This document shows positions 57,289-64,000 of a stretch of DNA of 64,000 nt, in pieces. A model generated the notes under the pieces. That model made no database searches and had not been told where the DNA came from. It saw only the letters and a program-made list of their open reading frames with translations. How positions within the stretch are numbered: position 1 is the stretch's first letter; each line of letters starts with the position of its first letter. The translations under genes and the position numbers were made by a program. Origin of the DNA: a virus; IMG/VR virus record IMGVR_UViG_3300035698_022838, positions 1-64,000 of that record, one strand, 5' to 3'.

Positions 57289-58815
57289 TTATGGTATGTA
57301 TAAATACCCAGAATCCCCATTACATGAATGGTAAAATACCTTGGATCTATCGGCTGCAACCCCGGCCACAAGTTTTATTATAGTAACATCTACAAACTTA
57401 ACTGGTTCTATAAAATGCACATAAGTGGTTGTTGAGCTCACTGGTAGTGGTGGACTTCCACTCGTATTAACACCCAGATCAGTAATTTTCTTAGTATCAG
57501 GAGCAAAAATTCTTATATTTAAAGATTGACCAACATCTAAATAATCGTCCCAAGTCCCTGCTACCGTAGATAACGGTATGCTAATTCCTCTTCTACCTGA
57601 TGCTGCGAAATCTGCGTATACTGTATTACCACTTCTCATTGCATTAGCACCAGTTACCCCAAATATCCACCAGTCTACATCTAGATCCGTTTCGCTATAT
57701 TTATTATATCCAGTATAGCTAGAATCCTTTATGCCATCAAGATCACTAAATGAATTAATCGTTCTAGCAATATTAATCCTTCCATCGTTTCTAATACCAA
57801 ATTTACTTGTACTACGTGATACAAAATTACCTAAATAATAAGAAGAACTGCTATTACTTGATACTACACGTAAGCCACCGCCATCCCCTGTATTAGTTAC
57901 AGTTAAACCAGGTAGAGATGTGCTTGCAACTATATTAATTGGCATGGATAAGGAAAATAGACTATTATTTACTTGGAATTTCTCTGAAATAAACGTCATA
58001 GTATTTGCACCGGAACTAAATGTCATACTACTGCCAGATGTAATTGACATATTACCATCACTCTGTGCTATAAACTTAGTGCTTGTATTAATATTTATTG
58101 CTCCACCTGTACTATTTAAAGTAAAATCGCCTCCAGTATTTATCGAAAAAGCATCTTGTGGTATGTTTAATAATAAACCATAGTTAGATGTACCGGTACC
58201 CATCCACTTAAAATGTGGATGTCTACCATAATCTTGAATTGTACCAATTCCTAATGCACTATCAGTTTTAGCAAATTCCAATAATGGATAATCGTTTGTC
58301 CCATTAGTAGATATTAATAATTTAGCATAAGTGGGATTAGCATTAGTTAATAATGGGGAATCACTTAAAACTAAAGTGTTTAAGGCTGGAAATGAGCTAT
58401 TGAAAACAATAGCATTTCTATTACTACTTGGACCCCATATATTATAAATGGTTTTAAATACCTCGGTAGCTTTCATATCGTGACCAGTTGATACCCAACC
58501 ACTAGCAGTATATTGAAAAATAGTATTATCACCAGCAACTGTTTGTACCCAATAATCACCATAATATATAGGATCACTACTACCACCAACAGGTTCATTA
58601 GGACTAACAAACCATCTAGTTCCACGTCTTCCTTGCTGTCCTTGATCACCTTTATCTCCCCCGCCACCAATAATCCCTCTTTTTCCTCTTAGCCCCTTTC
58701 TTCCTCTTGGTCCTCCTCCACTATATACTAATGAATCAAAGTTTTGATTCATTTTACTAGCGAGATTTTCCTGTGTATCTCCGGGATTTAATTTTATTAT
58801 ATTTAATTCAGACAT
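57289..58815 (-). CDS. Tail fibre-like protein with short collagen segment (paralog A)
   Basis: 'LNPGDTQENLASKMNQNFD', GPRGRKGLRGKRG..GDKGDQGQQG, 'RG.RWF....P...GD.WV'. Confidence 0.7.
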   Translation of the reverse strand: MSELNIIKLNPGDTQENLASKMNQNFDSLVYSGGGPRGRKGLRGKRGIIGGGGDKGDQGQQGRRGTRWFVSPNEPVGGSSDPIYYGDYWVQTVAGDNTIFQYTASGWVSTGHDMKATEVFKTIYNIWGPSSNRNAIVFNSSFPALNTLVLSDSPLLTNANPTYAKLLISTNGTNDYPLLEFAKTDSALGIGTIQDYGRHPHFKWMGTGTSNYGLLLNIPQDAFSINTGGDFTLNSTGGAININTSTKFIAQSDGNMSITSGSSMTFSSGANTMTFISEKFQVNNSLFSLSMPINIVASTSLPGLTVTNTGDGGGLRVVSSNSSSSYYLGNFVSRSTSKFGIRNDGRINIARTINSFSDLDGIKDSSYTGYNKYSETDLDVDWWIFGVTGANAMRSGNTVYADFAASGRRGISIPLSTVAGTWDDYLDVGQSLNIRIFAPDTKKITDLGVNTSGSPPLPVSSTTTYVHFIEPVKFVDVTIIKLVAGVAADRSKVFYHSCNGDSGYLYIP

Positions 58816-58856
58816 TGGTTTAATTTCTTTCTTTATATATTCTTATTTTATTCACC

Positions 58857-61805
58857 TTAGATTTTTTCAATTTTAAAAGTAAATGTTGTGGAATAATTTT
58901 GTCCCTCCTCTAATTTAACCTCAAAATTATACATTAAAGAATTAATTCTTATCAATTTATAATTTGGCTCTAGATAATAAGAATATCTTATTCTGTCTGG
59001 GTTAATTAAATCTCCTCTCAATAATATTTGGGTAGAAGTTAATGGTTCACCTGATTTTTTCACATAGAGATCAAAATCAATACCTTGGTATATAGGTGAA
59101 ATATTTCTATCTATGTATGATTTAATATCATCATTTATATCATTAGGATTATCAACACCATATTCACTAATTATATTGTCAATAAATACTTTACTTACAC
59201 CATTATTTAATAGATATCTTCTTAAAATACGATCAAGTCTTATAGATCCATATAACATATTAGTTCTATCATCCTTTTGCCAAAATACTTCTACGTCAGG
59301 GTATACATCTTGATCAAAAACAGGTAAATCTACAGTACTGTAAACGGTACCAAGTTGGCCTATTCCAGTATTTGAAGTTGATGGTTTAATTTTCTGTACT
59401 ATAGGGATTGCAGATGTAGCTAAACTATTTATATTATTAATTGCAGTTGAGCCTTTCGTTCTGGAAATTTCTAATGTTGTAAACGTATAAGCTGTTATAG
59501 AATACGGGGTTTGCATAATTTTAGATCCTAAAAATGACTTATTTTCCTTCATACTTCTTGTACCAGCAACAGGAGTTCCTATAATCGCAGAAGTATACAT
59601 ATTATAATAGCCAGGATCCCATGATGAATAAAATACAGAAAAATCCTTATTTGCTATTGGAGTTTCGCCTATTAAAGGATATACTGGACCACTAGGGATA
59701 TTTTCAGATGCTTTAAGAATATCATTACCCAATGAAACTTTAGTATAACCGATATTTTTTATAAGACCGAACATTTCTCTTTCAGGAGCAAATGTACAAT
59801 TTCTATATTTAAGATCCGCTGTATTATAGCCTAAAATAGTATCAATTTTATCATTTTTAAATTTAAGTACTTTTCTAAATAGAGGTTCATATCCTCCTGG
59901 ATATCTTAAAATATCAGCTGCAAAGATAGTACCACCGCTTACAATATCATATCCAGTTGGTTGATTTTGACCAAGTGTTTGTGGACCAGAATAATCTGCT
60001 AATGGTCTTAATCCACTGCTTCTACGCATTGCAGTTGGTTGTACCATACTAATTTGAAATCTATCAGTTTCAGAAATTGTAGATGCTGTTGTTTCATCCC
60101 ATGAATATGTGGTGTAACTAATATATGGACTTTCCGTATTAACTCTATTAGAAATATCAGCAACAGAGATTCTTCTCATTATAAAGTCCATATAATTTTT
60201 ACCACCATTTATTTGGAATACTGGATTATTTCTATATATACTACTAGAACCTAATGGTACATTAGTCACAACTGCCGTACCAAATGTAAAAGAAAATGGG
60301 ATAGTAAAGTCATAATTAGAAACATCAAGCGGACCAAACAAAACAAGATTTTCAGATCTTCCAATAGGCCAAGGATACTGTGAATCTATGGCTGGAACAG
60401 AAAAACTACCAGGACCAGTTAGGCCAAGTGTTGAACTACCATCGACAGGATATAATAAATTTATTTCATCTCTTAAATCTGTATCATAATCGGGATTTGT
60501 TTCGATATAAACAAATCCTGGATTTGTTGTTGCTGTTACTGAACTATTAGAAGCAACAGATAAATTTAAAGCTGCACTTAATTTTATATCATCAATCTCG
60601 TATAATACAGATCCGGTTGGGCCAGATGCACCAGTTAAACCTATTAATGAATCTTTTTTCTTATCACTAAGAGAATATAGTAATGTATAATCTAGATATG
60701 GTGTTCCTCCCGTTCCGCCAGTATAGCCTAAAGGTAAAGCTCTATAATCCTTTATTACTACTTTACAAACAAAAAGTATGCATTTTTGTTCTATATTTTC
60801 AATAAATTCATATGTAACTGGTGCTTGGATTATACTATTATCTTCTGGTAAAACTCTTAATATTGCTGCAAATTTATAATCATCAAACCCCCTGTAGTTT
60901 GGTATGTATTTATCAGTACCATTATTTGTATTTTCAACAGTACTCTTTCTTTTTAGTGTAAGTTTAATCCCTCTAAAAACAGTATCATAAAACCCAGTTG
61001 ATTTATTATAAACCAAAGGTGTAAATAACTCCTTTGTTAAATTAGTAGAAATATTATATGGTGCATCATAATCCAATGGATCAACAGTAAAAAACGAGGA
61101 GAAATATAAAGAATCCCCGGAAGCACCACTAACAATTTTAGAAAGATCTATTTCACCAGGTAGATATCCTTTTTGTTCATCAATACTATTTATTGGATAT
61201 TCTCTAGGAATTCCCTCTAATAACATCCATTCATGTGTTAAATACTGGGGATCTGGCGTTTCTCTTTGAAAACTTGGTGAAAAGTTAGTTGGACTAAAAG
61301 CAGGGGATACATTAAGCCTATATGGGTTTCCTCTAGCATCCGTCCCATTAAAAAATCCCCATTTATTGATATACGGTACTATTCTGGATCTATTAGCTCT
61401 TTCAGAAGTGTAATTTTCTTCTAGATATAAATACTCATTATCCAATTTACCATATTCAAATAATAGTTCCTTATTATCTGATGGTAATATACTATTCTCA
61501 TTAATTGATTGTATACCATAAAAACCAGAGAACCCATCTAAATTCTCTTCTGCTAATTTTACGTGTTCATATTCAGTTGCTTCATCAACCCAGCCAAGTC
61601 GCATGAATATTGCAGGTACAACAATTACATTAACCCCAGTCGACACTAATCCAGCATCAGAAAAATAACTAACATTAGTTCCTATGAAAACTTTACCTGC
61701 AGAAAGAATACGCTCGCTACCAAGTCCTATATCGACTCTAGCTAATCCATCCTTTATTAGATATTTTACATTTTCTACTATTTGTCCTGGTTGATCTGGA
61801 ATCAA
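58857..61805 (-). CDS. C-terminal part of a giant structural (baseplate-like) protein; probably continuous with the upstream ORF across a frameshift
   Basis: TTG 'start' lies inside a frame that is open upstream (..SSVYGITPTPETHRYFELIPDQ..). Confidence 0.6.
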   Translation of the reverse strand: MIPDQPGQIVENVKYLIKDGLARVDIGLGSERILSAGKVFIGTNVSYFSDAGLVSTGVNVIVVPAIFMRLGWVDEATEYEHVKLAEENLDGFSGFYGIQSINENSILPSDNKELLFEYGKLDNEYLYLEENYTSERANRSRIVPYINKWGFFNGTDARGNPYRLNVSPAFSPTNFSPSFQRETPDPQYLTHEWMLLEGIPREYPINSIDEQKGYLPGEIDLSKIVSGASGDSLYFSSFFTVDPLDYDAPYNISTNLTKELFTPLVYNKSTGFYDTVFRGIKLTLKRKSTVENTNNGTDKYIPNYRGFDDYKFAAILRVLPEDNSIIQAPVTYEFIENIEQKCILFVCKVVIKDYRALPLGYTGGTGGTPYLDYTLLYSLSDKKKDSLIGLTGASGPTGSVLYEIDDIKLSAALNLSVASNSSVTATTNPGFVYIETNPDYDTDLRDEINLLYPVDGSSTLGLTGPGSFSVPAIDSQYPWPIGRSENLVLFGPLDVSNYDFTIPFSFTFGTAVVTNVPLGSSSIYRNNPVFQINGGKNYMDFIMRRISVADISNRVNTESPYISYTTYSWDETTASTISETDRFQISMVQPTAMRRSSGLRPLADYSGPQTLGQNQPTGYDIVSGGTIFAADILRYPGGYEPLFRKVLKFKNDKIDTILGYNTADLKYRNCTFAPEREMFGLIKNIGYTKVSLGNDILKASENIPSGPVYPLIGETPIANKDFSVFYSSWDPGYYNMYTSAIIGTPVAGTRSMKENKSFLGSKIMQTPYSITAYTFTTLEISRTKGSTAINNINSLATSAIPIVQKIKPSTSNTGIGQLGTVYSTVDLPVFDQDVYPDVEVFWQKDDRTNMLYGSIRLDRILRRYLLNNGVSKVFIDNIISEYGVDNPNDINDDIKSYIDRNISPIYQGIDFDLYVKKSGEPLTSTQILLRGDLINPDRIRYSYYLEPNYKLIRINSLMYNFEVKLEEGQNYSTTFTFKIEKI

Positions 61806-64000
61806 TTCAAAATATCTATGTGTTTCTGGGGTTGGTGTAATACCATATACAGAAGATAAAAATCAAAATCAAAATCTTTAATATCAAAAAATGAGAAAAC
61901 CCCACTATATAATGTGGCCATTTCAAATACATTGAATTTAGAATCACTACCAAGATCTATAATTGCTTTCTGGTCTACTAAATTAGCAACTAAAAGTTCA
62001 TCATATCCAGTAAAAGATGTTACTTCTCCTGTCTTATTATTTATATTATTATCATAGACTGGAGAATCAACATATCTAGTTATTGATCCTATCATAGCCA
62101 TACCTCCAGTTACTCCTCTTCCGCTTTCAACTTCTATCCAATCACCAGCAGTTATCTTATCAATCTCAGATATGTTAAATGCAACTCTACATAAACCATA
62201 GTCAGTTCCACCAGTAAAATTAACAGGTTGACTAACCAAAGATGCATCAATACCTCCGATTTCTAATATACCTGATGTTGAAAATGGAATATATATAGAC
62301 CAATAAGCTGGTTCTTCTGTAGGGATTTGACCCATGCTACTTCTTGCAATACATGTATAATAAGCACTATTATAATAAACTATATTATTAGTTTCATAAG
62401 TACTTTCCGTTATCCACTGACCAGCATAATTTGGACCAAAAGTATCATAATCGTCAAATACACCAATACTAAATGAATTATTTGGTTTATATCCACTTAA
62501 TTTGGATCTTATGATCGAGGTGTCATTATTAGGAACTGAATCCCAAACAACAGTACTTATATCTGATATACATTCACTGAATGAATTTGCAACATCACTA
62601 GTTTCACCTTGTATACTATTAAAATAGTGTTCATTATCTATGTTATATGAACTACCTGCTCGCCAACCAACTAATGTTCCACCAAATTCCCCGCTTTTAA
62701 CAAGGTCATATCTACCAGTAGAACTATTTATTGTGCCGTTTGGCCAAAATATCTTAAGTACTATTTTATTTGCATAATTAGTAGTATTAAGAAATTTAAT
62801 CCCTATATTTGCATATCCGTTTGTTTTCGGTAATAAACCTTTATATGAACCTATAATATCTCCATGTCCTGTAAAACTTAATAAATCTACAGATTTATTT
62901 GGAATTACTAAATCACCGGTATCTAATGCTATATTACCAGTTATACCAAATCCAGTACTAGCATATGGGCCATATGTACTATGTGATGGTGTCCAGGTAT
63001 CCCATGATTCAGTTTCAGATAAATAATTCTCTGTTCTCTTTAATGAATAAAAATTATCATTTTTATCAGTTATATAATATAATTTCTGTGCATCATTTAC
63101 ATTAACATCATAAGAACCTGGAATCCAACCAGAAGCACCTTCATAAAATAATCTTACCCCTCCAGTGCTACTTTGATATGACGAAACATTATTATTATAA
63201 TAACCAATATTGTTTCTAGTTGGTTTAGGTTCATTTAGATTGCCTTCCTTATTTTTAAATTCATGGAAATAATTACCATTTAATTTAAACTCTCCAAGAT
63301 CATTTCTAGATACATAACATCCATAATATCTATTGATTGTATATAAATCAGAATCCTTATCATCAAAAAGAAACTCAAGATTAAGTAAATTTGGACAAAT
63401 TATACCATTGCGTTCAAATCCTTCAGTTATTTTTTCTTCAAAATCTGATTGTATAGATGCATTTTCGCTAACAAGATATTCAGATAGAAGTTCACCCTTT
63501 TTAGTAAAAACCCCATCTTTTACACTTATACCATTATAATACGTATATGTATTTTGTTGAAATGAGAAATCGAGTGGGGTTTTAGAATAACCTTCTGCAT
63601 TTATAACAGATCTAATATATTTACCTATTGTCGTTTCAGATCTTAGATCAAAGGTCGATATAACCATCGAATTAGGTAATATTTTACCATTGAAAAGATC
63701 AGGTACATTATCAACATTAGACTTATACTTTAATTCATTCATTTCAACAACTTTACCAGTACCGGAAACTATTGTATATGTTGAATATAACGAATTACCT
63801 TCAAATATTGCATCATTAGTATATTGTATATTTTCACCAAGCTCATTTTTACTATAAAGAATAATAAAATCTTCTATAGAATCTGGATCTTCTATAACCT
63901 TATATTCAACATCACCAGTAATAATTGTCTGGTTTGTTATGTATGGGTAGCTCAACGGACCCGGAACCTTAAATATAACAAAGAATTCTGGAAGTTCATC
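61802..64000 (-). CDS. N-terminal part (5'-partial) of a giant structural protein
   Basis: Frame open to window end (DELPEFFVIFKVPGPLSYPY...); includes a 'GQW.....Y..N.IV.YN..YY.C' chitin-binding-like repeat. Confidence 0.65.
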   Translation of the reverse strand, partial: DELPEFFVIFKVPGPLSYPYITNQTIITGDVEYKVIEDPDSIEDFIILYSKNELGENIQYTNDAIFEGNSLYSTYTIVSGTGKVVEMNELKYKSNVDNVPDLFNGKILPNSMVISTFDLRSETTIGKYIRSVINAEGYSKTPLDFSFQQNTYTYYNGISVKDGVFTKKGELLSEYLVSENASIQSDFEEKITEGFERNGIICPNLLNLEFLFDDKDSDLYTINRYYGCYVSRNDLGEFKLNGNYFHEFKNKEGNLNEPKPTRNNIGYYNNNVSSYQSSTGGVRLFYEGASGWIPGSYDVNVNDAQKLYYITDKNDNFYSLKRTENYLSETESWDTWTPSHSTYGPYASTGFGITGNIALDTGDLVIPNKSVDLLSFTGHGDIIGSYKGLLPKTNGYANIGIKFLNTTNYANKIVLKIFWPNGTINSSTGRYDLVKSGEFGGTLVGWRAGSSYNIDNEHYFNSIQGETSDVANSFSECISDISTVVWDSVPNNDTSIIRSKLSGYKPNNSFSIGVFDDYDTFGPNYAGQWITESTYETNNIVYYNSAYYTCIARSSMGQIPTEEPAYWSIYIPFSTSGILEIGGIDASLVSQPVNFTGGTDYGLCRVAFNISEIDKITAGDWIEVESGRGVTGGMAMIGSITRYVDSPVYDNNINNKTGEVTSFTGYDELLVANLVDQKAIIDLGSDSKFNVFEMATLYSGVFSFFDIKDFDFDFYLLYMVLHQPQKHIDILN

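Noticed and set aside
488-57371. Longest-ORF starts given in the track for 488, 5415, 5890, 9586, 12594, 21327, 37181 and 57371
   Set aside because: Downstream ATGs (512, 5361, 5833, 9559, 12528, 21282, 37259, 57275) remove overlaps and match domain starts
916-63539. Numerous antisense or nested ORFs in the track (e.g. 916-1116, 1860-2228, 10451-10750, 20081-20545, 26007-26408, 30005-30430, 42953-43456, 56224-56523)
   Set aside because: They overlap well-supported genes on the opposite strand or another frame and have shadow-ORF composition with no motifs
1-64000. Stop-codon reassignment (TAG or TGA), as in some Bacteroidota phages
   Set aside because: Conserved genes are full length in code 11; TAG ends topoisomerase B at its expected C-terminus and TGA appears in ATGA couplings. 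The in-frame TAG before the GIY-YIG gene has a 1-in-3 chance of being coincidental.
1-64000. tRNA, rRNA or CRISPR array
   Set aside because: No cloverleaf or T-loop in intergenic gaps; GTTTCGAATCC near 41050 is inside a CDS; no repeat-spacer periodicity seen

Overview
AT-rich (roughly 30% GC by eye), gene-dense fragment of a large lytic T4-superfamily (jumbo/huge) phage, most likely infecting Bacteroidota. Host clues: TAnnTTTG promoters, DUF4494-like and Hc1-like genes, a short LID-less Adk and almost no Shine-Dalgarno sites. Layout: + strand fibre/structural genes (1-4.8 kb); a minus-strand early accessory block rich in RNA-repair and translation-rescue enzymes, with two homing endonucleases (4.8-15.7 kb); chaperone/protease genes (clpP, trx, dnaJ, hsp20); T4-like replication core (PolB split into two genes ~12.8 kb apart, clamp, two-subunit topoisomerase II, gp56-like dUTPase/dCTPase, UvsW, UvsY, primase, gp32, RuvC-like); then tail/baseplate/fibre genes (51-64 kb). 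Main observations: (1) about a dozen genes, most preceded by a GATATATA late-promoter-like box, encode proteins starting with a peptide resembling the T4 capsid-targeting sequence (xxLKxF/YxxFxNE). This predicts a head-packaged, co-ejected enzyme set: RimK-protease fusion, adenylate kinase, Pol-beta nucleotidyltransferase and a YkuD-like cell-wall enzyme. (2) A three-fold nucleotidyltransferase module: ligase-fold plus HIGH-fold polyprotein next to a Pol-beta NTase. (3) An RNA ligase split in two by a free-standing GIY-YIG endonuclease with no intron. (4) Three distinct promoter classes readable from the sequence. All functional calls come from motif recognition only; no database searches were run.
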